From Fimicolochytrium jonesii (lineage: Eukaryota): 64,000 nt of DNA. The translations under genes and the position numbers were made by a program. The stretch spans positions 682,001 to 746,000 of the forward strand of contig NW_026515680.1 of the NCBI RefSeq assembly GCF_025526975.1, given 5' to 3'. Positions 25,401-42,136 of the stretch are shown here, one piece after another (the stretch's first letter is position 1; each line of letters begins with the position of its first letter). Under the pieces are notes generated by a model. It saw only the letters and a list, made by a program, of their open reading frames with translations, was not told the origin of the DNA and made no database searches.

Positions 25401-28130
25401 TCCATCTCTAGCGAGCAGTATGTCCTCGACGACCCCAACCGGTCCAACAACGGGAAAGAGGTCGCGGCGTTGAAGGAGGTTATCCATTCGCCGCTGCTGG
25501 ACAAGTTGAAGATGGAGTTGAGGAGACTGACGGAGCCGGTGCACACGTTCAAGGATTGGATTCAGGAGACGCAGCCGTTGCTTATGACCAACCCGAAGGA
25601 CTCGAAAGCGATTTTGGAGCTGTTTGAGGACATGAAGGCGTATTGTTTGAACACGGACCCGCACGTGGCTGGATCGATTGGGATGGCGTTCGCGACGAAG
25701 TACTCGGCAAAGATCTTCCAGTTTTGCGGTATGTCCACTATTTCCAATGGCGGTTTTGTTGTGGAGAGCGATGTGTTTATCTGACGCGGGGCACATTTGG
25801 TGCAGGCAAGGACGGCAGAAAGCTTTTGACGCTGTCCAGCAAGGATTGGCGAGAATTCAATGACTACTGTAGGAATAATATCTTCAAAGAATCGTTGCCC
25901 ACGGGCATGATGCCGTTGAAGAACTATTCGCCGTGGCTTGCAGCGTTCAATGCCAAGGATTTCGAAGAGGTATGGCCGGGATTCTCGCTGCCATGTGCTC
26001 ACAATGCATTCTATGCTAACAAGGTTTTGTCGCAGGATCTCGAGATTCCCGGCCAATACACAGAGTCGAAGAAACCTATTCCCGAAAACCTCGTCACGAT
26101 CTCCAGTTTCCAATCGGAGGTTTTGGTTATGGCATCCATCAGACGGCCGAAACGTTTGACTATAGTGGGATCCGATGAGAAGAACCAGCATTGGCTGATT
26201 AAGGTAGGATCTTTTATCGGAAGGGAAATACGACGCACCGTGGCTCACTGTTCATCATATAGGGAGGCGAAGATCTCCGACTCGATCAGCGTGTGCAGGA
26301 AATGTTCTCCGTCATGAACAACATCATGGCGAACGATTCTGGGTGCCAAGATTTGCAGCTCCGCACTTACAAAGTATGAACCGATTGCGCTCCCTCATGC
26401 CTTCAATGGCTGACTAAACCGTCCATCGCCAGGTGGTCCCAATGTCAAGAAACCTCGGCATCCTCGAATGGGTCGACAACACCAAACCCCTCCTGGAAGT
26501 GATGCGCTCCGTCCCCGGCTTCAAAGAAGCGTTTGCCAACGCGCTCAAAAAGCATGACGAGTTCGTTCAAGCGCATGGGGGGAACAAGAAGAGTCTCCCT
26601 GAACGTGAGTCTCATCGACTCCCATCGACTCCCACCTCACAATGCAACTCACCCACCATCCAACGTTGTACTCCTAGAACACTGCAACATGTTTAAAACC
26701 GCCTCCGCGCGGAAAACCGAAGAGCACCTCGACAGCGTGACCCCGCGCGAACCGTACCTGAAGAGGTGGATGCAGAAATTGGCGGCGAGCCCGGAGGCGT
26801 TTTTGACGATCCGGGGGACGTTTGCGAGGAGTTTGGCGACGTTGAATATTTGTTCTTACTTGCTTGGTAAGTGTAGTGAGGGGTGGGATGAATATGTTTG
26901 GGGAGCGGACGGGGGGTGGGTAAAGGACGGTCGCTGAAATGAGGGTACTGTCGGAAGGGATTGGAGATCGGCATGGAGAGAATTTCTTGATTGATATGAG
27001 CAGGTATTTTCTTGTGCATTAAAGTCCATCGTCATGCGCCATATGGGAGAGCCTAACCACCACATCCGCCCTTTCCCGTATCCCAGCGGTCAGATCATAG
27101 GCATCGATTTCGGTCACGCTTTCGGGTACGTACCATCCTCCATCCACTACCTTCTCCCCCAGCACATTTGCAAGATTAAAACCCATATTTACATCTGTGA
27201 TCTTCCGCCACGCACACACAGCTCAGCAACCGAAGTCCTTCCCATCCCCGAACTCGTCCCCTTCCGCCTCACAAAGCAGATGGCGCTCGTGCTCGAACCG
27301 CTCGGCGTGCCCGTGTTGTTGCAGGACACGATGATCAACGTCATGTCTGGTGCGTATATACGCGTTCGCGGTCAATATCTTTGCATCATGGCCGAGTCTC
27401 GTTCATCTAATCCCATCACGTTTTCAATGCATCACATAGCAATGCGCTCCAAAAAAGAAGTCCTGTTGAATGTGCTCAACATCTTCATCAAGGAGCCGTT
27501 GATGGAGTGGAGGACGTTTGCGCTTAAGCAGGCTGCGAGACAAGGTAATTGCACCCTCCCTACCTCCCATCTCCCCTGCATCTCCGGGGTTTGGAATGCA
27601 AGTGAGGGGGCGGATGATTTACGCGATGGGTTTAGGTAAAGGAACGTCGCTGTCGACGACACCCGCGGAGGGCAGCAGCAGCTTGAACGCCCCGGAATGG
27701 TATCCGCAGCAGAAGCTGGATATCGCGCGGTGAGTTACCCCAGATCGATGCCGGTGTTAGAGCGGAAGAGGATTTGAATCGAATTGATTTTTTTTCGTTT
27801 GTTCCCAGACGTAAATTGAACGGGGAACATCCAAGTCGTAAGTCCCCTTCGTCACGTCCCCCCGTCCCATCCACCCCCACCTAACCACCCCGCACCACCT
27901 CCCCATCCCCAGACCTAACCGCGCTAGAACTGCAATACGGCCATTCCAAAGAACCGTGGTTCTCCGCCGCCCGCGACATTGTCCTGGGCAAAGACGCGAC
28001 GCACGGCAAGCGGTACGCGGTGGGACCCGTGTGCAAGGATGTGCGCGAGCAGGTGGAGTGTACCGTTGAGCAGGCGATGGATGCGAATGTGTTGGGGAGG
28101 GCTTATAGGGGATGGGCTGCTTGGGCTTGA
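13401..28130 (+). CDS. PRKDC: DNA-dependent protein kinase catalytic subunit (PIKK), many exons
   Basis: [63 protein letters not shown] cluster, [86 protein letters not shown], and FATC end [16 protein letters not shown]. Confidence 0.96.
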
Positions 28131-28756
28131 GGGGCGGGCAGGGTGTATACCGCCGGGTGGGTAGGGAGGGGTGTAGGCTGGGGTGTAGGGGAGGTCTTTC
28201 TTCTGAGGAGCGGCGTATAGACGTATTCATGTCATGTCATGTGCTGAGATACCCTATGTGAAGAAATCATATCGGAATCTACGTCCATGTACAAAAAATG
28301 AGTCACAGCGACGAAGAAGCGACCAGAGCGACCACCTCGTATCGACACTTCCTTCTGGAGAACGCAGGAGGAGGACATGTAGCACCAGATCACCAAAGTG
28401 AAAAGCCGGCATCGTATTCACCAGCCCATACACTATTACACTATCCAAGAAAAACACACTACGCCCCAGCGAAAAACCGACACCAGAAATGCGGGAGGAA
28501 GGAGAGGGAAAGTGAGGGGGGGGGTGAACAGAGGTGAACGCTACCGCAAATCTACGTCAAAAAATATACAACCAAACCCAACCGAAAATATACACCTCCG
28601 CACGCTCGAAAAACATGCCGTGAACAGAGGGGTTGAAGGGATAAGTGTCAAAAAAAAAGGGGGGGGGGGGGGGGGGGGAGGGCGGGTTCTATATACACAG
28701 TGTGGGGGGGATACGATCATGGCTCCCATCGTCGGCCCGGGGGGCAAGGTAGCGTA

Positions 28757-32272
<3,516 letters not shown>

Positions 32273-32662
32273 TGCAAGGGGTGGGTGGGGGTTGTCGGTT
32301 GGTTGTGGGTGAAAGAAGGTGTGCAAATGGTGTGCGGGCGGGTGTTCCTTTTCAGTCTTTTCAGTCGTTTTCTTTTTTTCTGAGGGTTCAGTGGTAGCGG
32401 CGGGGGGCACGGTGGCCACAGCGTACTGTAGGTGGTGGTGACTCTCCGTATGTAGTGTATGCGGTGGTGGGTAGAGGCCTCTAGTCTCTGAGGAAGAAGT
32501 GTGTTTGGGGGACGGGGTGTGATAGATGGCCCCCTCAGATGACAGGCCGCTCTCAGTGCGCTCTCCTTCCTCTCTTGCTTGCTATCCCTCTATCCCTCTA
32601 CCACTCTCGCTCACCACAACCACCAGGCAGCCGTCCGCTCAAACCAAACCCCTCCCGTGGCT

Positions 32663-33447
32663 ATGGAACCGAACACCGCAGCATGCACTGCTCACGTACG
32701 TACCTTCCGCCGCCGCCAGAGACCCCCTGTTCGAGATTCACGCCGCCATGCTACGTACCAAACTTCACACCCGACGAGAGACGCCACCTGAACATCGTTC
32801 TTTGCTCATACAAGGACCGCCCGGAGGCAGGCGGCAGACCTCTCTTCCACAGCTTACAGTGCGGCCTTCTCTCCGATACTCGTCTCTGGCAGGCACATCG
32901 TCTCTGCCAAAAATTATGGATATTGCAAGGCGAGACGCAGACAGCGAGCTAGAGGCCATGCCTGCAACGTTCATGATAGCGTTCCTGCACTGTTTGGACT
33001 TTGCACCTGGACTACCAACCGGAGGACGCACATCCGCGGAAACGGCAGCGGCGGCAGCAGGCAGTGCCGGCGATATCGGACTCGGATTCCAAATGGACGC
33101 CGGAAACGTTGCTGCAGAATGTCAACGCCGTTTTCGGGTCGGTCTCTCTTGACGCTTTTGTTCCACACCAACCTCTTTTCCACAAGCAACATCCTTTTCC
33201 TCTTGTTGTGATTATTGGCACGGGCTCCTCAAAACGCATTCCGACCCATGACCCGCACCCTTACGAACGGGCCCAGGCATTCCGACCACGGAGACGACGG
33301 GCGATGTCATCCTATGGCAACGGATTCCAAACTCAAAGCACTTTCGTATGGGTGTCCTATAAGTTGGAGATTCCGGAGCAGAGGGAGGCGTTTGTGGGGT
33401 TGTTGCATAGCATCGCGTCGTTTTTGGAGGATCGTCCGCCGGCGTAA
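32663..33447 (+). CDS. Possible hypothetical spliced gene or gene remnant
   Basis: Protein-like segments (FTPDERRHLNIVLCSYKD; WTPETLLQNVNAVFG; VWVSYKLEIPEQREAFVGLLHSIASFLED) lying divergent from IRE1. No consistent model could be built and no family was recognised. Confidence 0.3.
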
Positions 33448-33944
33448 GCGTAGACTGAGGGCTGATGAAATGCGGTATAGGCTTGATGGACGACACGGAA
33501 GTAGTTGAGCATCCCTTTCCTCTTGTGTGTCGTCTATCAAGGATATCTCGAACATCGCAAGTCCCGGTCTGTACCTCTCAAGATCAACATATCGTCTAGG
33601 TTTTGGAGACGAAGTGTCATGGACGGGTGTGTGTTTCACTACGGGATAGATGCAAGTGCGAAAAACGGAGGAGCCCGCATACCCTCGATCCATTCGAATC
33701 CTTGTGTCATGTTCCATGTCATCGCAATATATTTGTTAGCTTGGCCCATCCTTCAGTTGCAGGAGAAAGAGGTGAACGGCGGCTCCTGATGTAGTTTAAA
33801 GCGCTGGCACGTGACGTGCGTTCCTTTGTGTGCCCGGCTGGTTGCCCTTTCCGCACGTTCGCAAAGCAACCGACCGACATCTTGCAAACCCAGCAACCCC
33901 CCCAGGCGAATCAGCGCATTACGAGTGATCACCAACACCCAACA

Positions 33945-34642
33945 ATGCTGTCCTCACTCACAGCCCTCCGCCTCCGCCCACCATTCCCAGCCTCCCCACC
34001 CCCATCCCTCCTCTTCCGCCCCTTCCTCCGCCCCGCCTCAGCCAACACTTTCACAACCCTCTCAACACCCATGCGGTCAACGACCCTCCGTCCACTACCA
34101 CACATACAACCACTACCACAACCACACCAGGGGTGGAGTATGAACGGGACGCTACTGCAGCAGACACGGGGAAGCAAGCATCCGTCGTATGGGGGCAAGA
34201 AATTGCCGGGGTATATTCTGCCAAAGTTGAGGGAGAGGACGAGTGGGTTGAAGCAGAAGCTGAAGGTGGGTTATTGTCCCGGCGTGTGTGGGGGCTAAGG
34301 GGTTGGACTTGAGAGTGAGGAAAGGATGGGTGGGGACTGGAACAAATCCGAGGTCGAGGGCGGACGATGCCCGAACAGCGATCGAATCTATGGGACCGCT
34401 GAGGGCTTTCCTTGCGACCGCAGAACGAACTCTGTGCGGTTGTGTGATTCTGGCATTTGGACCTTGCGACCCGCTTTCGCTTCCATCTCCCATTCGCATT
34501 TACCAATTTACCGACTCTTCCCTGATTTCTCTACGCTCAATAGATGAAATGGTTCAGAATGAAAATCGGCAAAACGGGCCAGCGGCCGAGACGTCCGCGC
34601 TACGGGCGGGACGATTTCATCCTTAGCAAGATGAATTTGTAG
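33945..34642 (+). CDS. Small basic protein (~139 aa) with mitochondrial-presequence-like N-terminus; 2 exons
   Basis: MLSSLTALRLRPP... is Arg/Ser/Leu-rich with no acidic residues up to QQTRG. Intron 34266-34543 joins in frame to MKWFRMKIGKTGQRPRRPRYGRDDFILSKMNL*. Confidence 0.55.
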
Positions 34643-35975
34643 GGAACGGCGGGAGGAGTGGTTGCGCTTCATATATATATCTGGGGATTTGGTTATGGAA
34701 TAGATAGGATGTTGGGGATGAGACGGTGAGGATGTGCGGGAATGTTGTTGGGCAATGCTGACCATTCGGTGGTGGGCTGGGGCCGGCCGGACGGGATTTT
34801 TGCGATGACTTTTCGAGAACTCGGCATGCTGAGGATGCGACCCCAGCTAATGCCGACAGGTATAGAGACGCACCGCCGCCCACGTGGCCTGGGAATTCGA
34901 TATATGTCTGTATCTCACGCCAGCGTGTGTTGGAGTTTGATTGGGACGAATGTACGGTTGTACACAAATTCGGATGGATCATGGCCGAGTAGGAGGTGGT
35001 TTGGATGAATAATGACACGAGATTTGCCCAAAATGAACGGAAGAAAGCAGCTCTTTCCTGTTACATCTGAAGCATCCGATGCAGAGCATTCCTCCCGCAT
35101 ATCGTCATCGCGAACCCCGCACCATACACCATCTAACACCCAATATGGCCTCCGTCGACCGGCGATGCTTCTTCGTCTCTGAGAATACAAACAAGGATGA
35201 ACCCCATATTCCCAAACGGTCGAAATGCCCCTATATCTACATGGAGTACTCCATCGGTCACTGTGTGTACACACAAAGGCTTGACCGCCAGACCCCAGAC
35301 ATCTGAACCTTCTTCGGCCGGCGTAGGGACGGCAGTCTACTCCATTCCTCTGGAGATGAAAAGCCAAAGGGGGCGGTTTCGATCGCAGAAGATGCTGTCA
35401 ATAATGCTGTCATTCACGCTCCGCTCCGTTCTTTCCGCTCTCCTTTTTCCTCGCAACCCCTCAGGCACAAAAAGCATAACACTTGGAAACTCAGCGACTC
35501 ACACTGCACATCCCAACCTTGCTTGGTCACTTCCGTTAGTACAGGTGTTCCAAGCAGTACCCGGGCCACGCCATTCCCGTATGGCCGCAGGCAGGAAAGT
35601 CCGCTCGCTTCAAAGAGCTTAACCGTCATCAGCTGGAGCTTTCAGAGAACCGAGCTGCCCCCAAACCGCCACCGCCTCCAAAACCTGAAACGCACCGTTT
35701 CCTGTGAGGGTGGTGGGATTGCGCTTGCCGTAGCGGAGTTGTGGTGCTAAGTTGAAGGAGGTTTGGGGTTATTCGTGGGAGGAGGTGTGGGGCATCTTGG
35801 GGCTCATCTGGGCTGTGGAGAATTATTGTGTGAGGTTTGACGACGCTTGAGGGAGGTCAAAATGGTAGGTTCTTTGCGATATTGACGGGACTACGCAAGG
35901 GGCTTGCCCCGAGTCCCACCAACAACCGATACTCATTTCAGCCCTACATATTCACAGGCCACAACGGCACCGACC

Positions 35976-38900
35976 ATGAACCCGCACCAGCAACGCACTC
36001 GCCGCCAGCTCCCGGGCATCATCCGTCGGCAAAAGCTCAAAGCCATGATGCCCAGTTTCGCCCATCCCCCAATTCACCCAGCTCCAACCGGCACCACCGC
36101 CCAGTCCAAAAAACTCCCCTCCCTCCCCACCCTCATTCCTACCCGGCCCGACCCGACGGCTCCCGCGACAATCGTGTGGGACCGTATCGCCGATACACTC
36201 GTCCCGAAGTACTTTGAGCGGAACCTCGAGCGCATCGCGGCCATTTTCGAGCGGTTGGCGGTCGTGCATCAGGGCGGGCTGCCGTTATCTGACCTCGGGC
36301 CCGTTGCTGAGTTTCTGGGGACCGTTTGCGATCGGTTGATCGGTGACGGTGATGCCGGCCATGCGAATGAAGCCCTCAAAACCCGACAGAAAGCCCTAAC
36401 AGTCCTCCGCGACCCACTCCATTCCTACCTCCGGATCCTGCACAAACCCTTCCACCCCCGCAGCAACTCCAAACCCCTGCCAATCCTCACGCGCGACCTC
36501 CGGCTCTTCACACGGGTGATCGGCCGCCTGATCTACATGCGCGAGGCACACATCACCGACGCGGCCGTCGCCGTGCTGTTCAAGTTGGCCGGCGGGCCCA
36601 AGATCCAGACCCCCATTGCTACGTGCAGGATTGTGGCGATGCCGTGGCTTTTGGAGGATGTGGGAGGTGGGGGCGTGGAGAGCGTGGATGGGTGGAGGGC
36701 GGCGGAGGTGTTGAGGGGGAGGAGGGAGGGGGAGGAAAGAGCAGGGAGGGAGTTGTTGGCGATGTTGGCGGAGTGGTATGTGCATTTCTCGCATGATGTC
36801 CACTGGACTTCCTCACCCCGCCCGCTGCACGACTTTACTGATTCCTCGTTTCTATCGGCAGCGATGTGGCGGAAAATTTGACGAAGGCGCTCCGGCCGGA
36901 TTCAGCGACAGAGTCGATCGTTACGTCCTATCAAGTCGACGCATTGCGCGCGTTACGCCGCTTATCCACCTGCGAGGCATGCGTTGAGCGGATGCTTGGA
37001 GGTAGGTGGTTCACCACTCAGCATGCTATATCAAACATGCTTATCTGCGCGAAAACTAATCACGCAACTGTTGGTATTCAAGCCGGAACATTCGAACTCC
37101 TCATCTCCACAACCCACTTCACATCCCACTCCTCCTCAACGTGCGCCATCATCGTCGAAATACTGTGGAACGCGCTAGAGACGCATCACGGGACACGGGT
37201 TGCCGACGTTCTTTCCACCGAGGTAAACGCGTCCACTCAAATCATCTCGCCTAGTCACGCCGTCTGATATCCACTTTCAGGCCGCCATCCAAACCCTCAA
37301 CACAACCCTCCAAAACCCCCACCCGCCCGACCTCCTAACCGACCTCCTGATAATCACCTCCCAAACGCTCGACCTGGCCCCCTCGACCTCCACGTGGGTG
37401 CAGCAGGGCGTGCTGGATACACTATGGCGGCTGCTGATTAGGGAAAACCCCATGGGGACTGGGAAAGGCGAGGAAGAGCCCGGGATGTGGTTTATTGCGC
37501 AGAAGGAGATGTTTGCGTTGCTGGAGAGGTTTTTGGGCGGGGGACGCGGGGTGTTGGGGAGGTTTTTGGAGGTAAGCTATTTTTGGGTGGGTTTGTGGGG
37601 GTGGCGAAGGGGGGTGTTGATGAATGTTGATTTTTTTTTTTTGGTTTAGGATGGATTATTGGATTTTGTTTTGGACCATCTTTCTTTCACCGACCTCCCG
37701 CCTTCGATCGGGTGTTGGTCCTTGCGGCATCTCAAGGGGCTTCAGATGCAGGTAAGACAAACGTACATCCCCCCACCGTCCCCCCACTCCCCTCACAAAA
37801 CCCGTAACATCCATTTTCGTTTCCCCAGGCCCTCACAATCCTCCAACACATCCTCACCTCCACCCTCCGTCCCTTCCACGCCCACCCGACACTGCACACC
37901 ACCCTCCTCTCGTTCCTCGCGCAGGCCCTCGAGCAAGACCCACCGACGCGATGCCCCCACGACAACGGCGGCAACGCGACGTCGGAGTATGTGGGTCTGG
38001 TCCCGGGCGTGCTGCGGACGCTGGTGCTGATGTGCGAGAGCGAGGGGAGGAATTGCGGGGTGTTGGGCGAGAAGGGTATTTTTGAGATATTGCTTGGTAA
38101 GTTGAGGGTGGTGGTGTTCCGTTCGTGTCATTAAGGCCACATAGCACCGAGCTGACCATCATCGACCTTCGTTTTTGCAAAAATAATAATAAGATATCCT
38201 GAACCATACACCCGCACTTCCGCACCCCACCCGCACCACCACCCTCACCCTCCTCACCACGCTCCTCACGCCCCTCCCAAACCGCCACATCTTCGCCTCC
38301 CACCCCCACGCCATCCCCACCCTCTTCACCCACCTCCCCCTCACCCCCCTCGGGGCCCTAACGACTCTCTGGGCCTCCCTCCCACCCTCCCTGAACGCCA
38401 TCCTCGCGCACGACGGGATTCAGAAGGTGCTGGACACGCTGGTGTGTGTGGGTGATTGGGAACGGTTAGGGGCCGGGTTGGGGTTCTTGTGTGACGTGTG
38501 CGAGGTGGAGGGGTGCAGACGTGTTGTGAGGATGTGGCGGGATGGGGAGGGGAGGGGGGTTGTGGGGTGGCTTGTGGGGCTTTGGAGGGGGGTCGAGGGG
38601 GAGTTGGGGGGTGAGTAGAAGATGTGCTTTTTGGGGTTTTGTGTGTTTGGCGGGGGGGGGGGGGGGGGGGTTGGGATCAAAACGATTGTTTCCCAACCAA
38701 AAAAAAAAAAAAACTCACTATCTCTCCGTCCCCTTCCTACCCCCAAAAAAAAGTGCCACAGGGCCCGCAAGGCTCGCTCGTGATCTCCACCCTCCCTCCC
38801 AGCCCGGGCACGACCACCCCGCTGATCCGCAACCCGCTCACCGGCACGCGCACCGTCAAACCGCTCGCGCACCAGCACCACGAGCCGGCGCTCCAGGACG

Positions 38901-39561
38901 ATTTCACGGAGGAGTTGGAGGAGGTCGGGTGGAATCTGCGGGCGAAAGTCTGGGCGTTGGTGCAGTATCTCGGTCCCCCGGGTCTGGATGCGAATGGGAC
39001 TCATCGGGAGGGTGCGGAGGATCCCGACGCGGACGGCGCCGAAGACCTGACCCCCGAAGACAAAGTCAAACTCGTCCTGGTAAGCCCTTTGCGTCGTTTC
39101 ATAAACCCCCCCTTTGCTCACCCCTCCGGTAACAGATCAACAGCTACCCGACCTTCAAGCACCACCTCCTCCTGCGCACGCTGCACACCTCGCTCTACAA
39201 ATCCAACATCGCCCCCACGGCCCCCGACCGCGCCGTCCTGGCAGCCTCCGAGCGCATCCTGCTCTCCAAGATCCACGCCATCCACGCCGAGCAGCAGCGG
39301 ATCATCGCAAAGCATGTCGAGAGGGTGCAGAGGGAGGAAAGGGAGTTTTGGGGGATGGTGAAGGGGGCGGTGGGGCTGATGGGTGTGCAGGAGGGGTGTA
39401 GGCCGAGGTTGAGGATGGAGGAGAAGTTGGGGAGGGAGTGGAGGGCTGTTAGGGCGGGGAGGGTTAGGATTGGGAGAGAGGGAGGAGGTGTCGGGGAACG
39501 GAGTGTGTTGGAGAGGGGCGATGCGAGGGAGGGGAGTCGGGTTTTGGTGGGATTGGAGTAG
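35976..39561 (+). CDS. CFAP69: Cilia- and flagella-associated protein 69-like (ARM-type repeats), multi-exon
   Basis: N-terminal ERIAAIFERL...GGLPLSDL; IVEILWNALE; WSLRHLKGLQMQAL; C-terminal NLRAKVWAL...LTPEDKVKLVLINSYPTFK...APTAPD. These match my recollection of CFAP69 conserved blocks. Confidence 0.72.
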
Positions 39562-39785
39562 CGAAAAGTCTTTTTGGGGAGCGGACCATGGGACACTGTT
39601 TTTTTGGGGAACGTACTGTACTGTGATATGGAGCTTTTTGGGGATGTTACATTACCAGTAATGATAGGAACACAAGTTGCCCATGACCATACTCTATGCG
39701 TCTATTCTGTCTACGCCCCTACTTCCCTCCCCTTCTCCCAACACTATAAATACTTTGCATCGAGAGTCTACGCTACTTCCCACTC

Positions 39786-41284
39786 TCACAACCCCTCGTC
39801 AAACGTACAGACCGGCAGCCTATAAACCGGCAAACTCCAATACGCCCTCTTGATCCCCTTCCACGTCTCATCGCCCAACTCATCCACCTGCACCTCCCTA
39901 AACTCGCACCTCAGCCCCATATCCCTCAAATCCGCCTCCGCCAGCGCACACGCCACGTCGTGGAAGAACGGGTTGGTCCCCGCCAGCCCGTTGAAGAACG
40001 AATAGACGCCGGATTGGGCGAGGAGGTTGGGCACGTGCTCGTGGAACTCTTTGAGGTCGTCGTAGTACTCGCCGAAGGTGTCGAAGAAGATGCCGTCAAA
40101 GGGTTCAGGCATGGCGTAGAGTTGGGGGAGGGCGTCTTGCCAGCGGGAGAAGATGACGGTGACGTTGGGGCGGGTGGTCCAGCCCTCCGCGACCATGTGG
40201 GCGTAGACATCGGGATGCGCTTCGATGATGACGTGGTGGGATGGGGAGAGGGTTTGGAGGTCGGTGTCGATGAGACCGAGGCCGAAGCCGACGTTGAGGA
40301 CCCGTTTGCCGGGGGTTGGGGCGATGACGGCGGCGTGAAGGGTCATGAGGGGGGCTTCCCAGCCCATCATGACGGCATTGGCGTCGGAGTCGAGGAGACG
40401 CCCGGAGGAGAAGGTGAGCCGGCGGGAGAGGTAGCTGGCGTTGGAGGGGTGCGCCGAGGCGGGTTTGACCGTCGCTGTTGCGCTGGTTTCTGTTGGTTCT
40501 GCCGTCTCCTCGTCAACTGGCGTCTCCTCCGTCTTATCGTCGTCCTCTTCATTTTCATCGTCATCATCATCACCTATGAGAAAAGAGAACGAATAAGTGA
40601 TTGCGTGTTGGTTGGTTGGTTGGTTGGTCGAACGATACCCTGCTCGCTACGCTCGCGAAAAGGACTTTGGGCGGCGGTGGGCGGGAGCGTATCTCGCTTT
40701 GCTCGCTAAGGACAGCAGTGAGGGGAGTATTGTGCCCCTCCGGCGCATTGTGGCTCGCCTGCCTCAAGCGACCCTGCACCTCGCTCCGCTTGCCGTAGTC
40801 CGCAAACCAGGCTCGTTCTCACACCGTACGCTCTCGCCCACATCGTTCTCTCGCACTGCCACTCACCATAAGCGTCGGTACTCCCCTTCCCCAACGCCAT
40901 CAACACCAACTCCGTCCTAACCCCCTCACAAACCAACGCCTCATAAACCTCGTCCCACCCTGCCTCCTTTGCATACTCGCCCACACTAACCCCCCTCGCA
41001 TCAATCGCATTCCACGGCGCCCCTTTCAACAACATCCATTGCACAGCTGCCAAGTTCCCCTTTCGGGCAGCAATGTGCAGCGGGGTGGGTTGGTTTTCGG
41101 GGTCGGTAGGGTCGGTGCTTGTGTGGAGGAGGGTTGTTGGGGAGAGGACGGTTGGGAGGACGGGAGTGGGGTCAGTTGTTGGGGTTAGGGAGTGCAGGTA
41201 GGTGAAGAGGGCGGTAACTGCTGCTGGTGAGTCTGCTTCTTCTTCTTCTCGCGGTGCCGGCTGGGAAGGGTCTGCGGTGGTCAT
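39786..41284 (-). CDS. RMT2: Protein arginine N-methyltransferase 2 (ankyrin + GAMT-like SAM domain); 2 exons
   Basis: TPLHIAARKGN...GAPWNAID, GVRTEL, NAVMMGWE, VLNVGFGLGLID, IIEAHPDV, FDGIFFDTFGEYY, YSFFNGL. Intron at 40574-40866. Confidence 0.95.
40574..40866. mobile_element. Possible small non-autonomous element inside the RMT2 intron
   Basis: 293-nt intron (most here are 50-100 nt) containing a (TTGG)n microsatellite plus GC-rich motifs GCTCGCTACGCTCGC, CTCGCTTTGCTCGC, CCTCCGGCG and CTCGCTCCGCT. No termini defined. Confidence 0.35.
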
Positions 41285-41533
41285 TATGGGCGAGCGCTGG
41301 GTGGGTGGGTGGGTGGATGCAACGATGCCTTCTGTGTGTGCGCCGTTCCAGGTCTGATTGTGGTTTGATTCTCGTCTGATTGTGGTCTGATGCCAAGCGG
41401 TTCAGAACGACGCCGTTCCCAGCCTTTCCTCGCAGCCGGTCAAAGCCCAAAGACACCACCGGCTTGCCGGACAGGGAGGGCCATCGAGGCCATTGTTCAT
41501 ACATACAATATACACACACTCTCCCTCACGTAG

Positions 41534-42120
41534 AGCTGGAAGAGGGAGCGGCGCTTGACGCTTCGCCATCGCCCCTAAAGGAAAAAGTCAAAATGGAGGA
41601 GTTCAAGGTTGAGCCTTCAAAAGAAGTAAATAAGAAGGAAACTTACGCCCCAGTGGAAGACCCACACGGGGGCGAAGTAGAGTACCACTACGATGGCGGC
41701 CACGGGTTTGCGGACGGGATCAGAGACGACGACTACGGTTTCAACTGCGGTTACGGGATGGGCTGGCAACCCGAGGACTCGGTCGGAACCACCACTGACA
41801 AAAAGCCGACGAGCACACCCTTCAAATGCCCGGGTACATATTCCGAGGAGCACGAATACGGAGACGACATCCCCATCGTCGAACCCCACATGGTATCCGC
41901 CTCAGTCGAGTCGCCAGTGGAAGCCGTAACCCGCACATCCAATATCCCCACTCTGGCGCCCTTCAGCGAGTCCTTTCACGACAAAATTCTGATGTATAAG
42001 GTGCCTGGCTTGCTCGGAACGGCGACGGGGCTATCCACAATACCCCATCACCCAGCTCTGATATCACTCCGCGGTCGCCTGTATCGCCGTGTTCTAGGCA
42101 CGCCTACTCACATCCAATAG
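41534..42120 (+). CDS. Orphan acidic ORF or exon fragment
   Basis: Open frame (MEEFKVEPSKE...SFHDKILMYK) bounded by an acceptor-like TAG near 41533 and a donor-like AAG|GT at 42000. No recognisable domain. Confidence 0.3.
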
Positions 42121-42136
42121 CGTTGATCTCCCTTTT

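Noticed and set aside
32790..32850. LLIQGPPGGRRQTS as a Walker A motif
   Set aside because: It lacks GKT/S and has no convincing downstream Walker B in frame.
34440..34510. Minus-strand NANGRWKRKRVARS resembling ribosomal protein bL35
   Set aside because: The match is short, lies antisense within a predicted intron, and lacks the flanking bL35 motifs.
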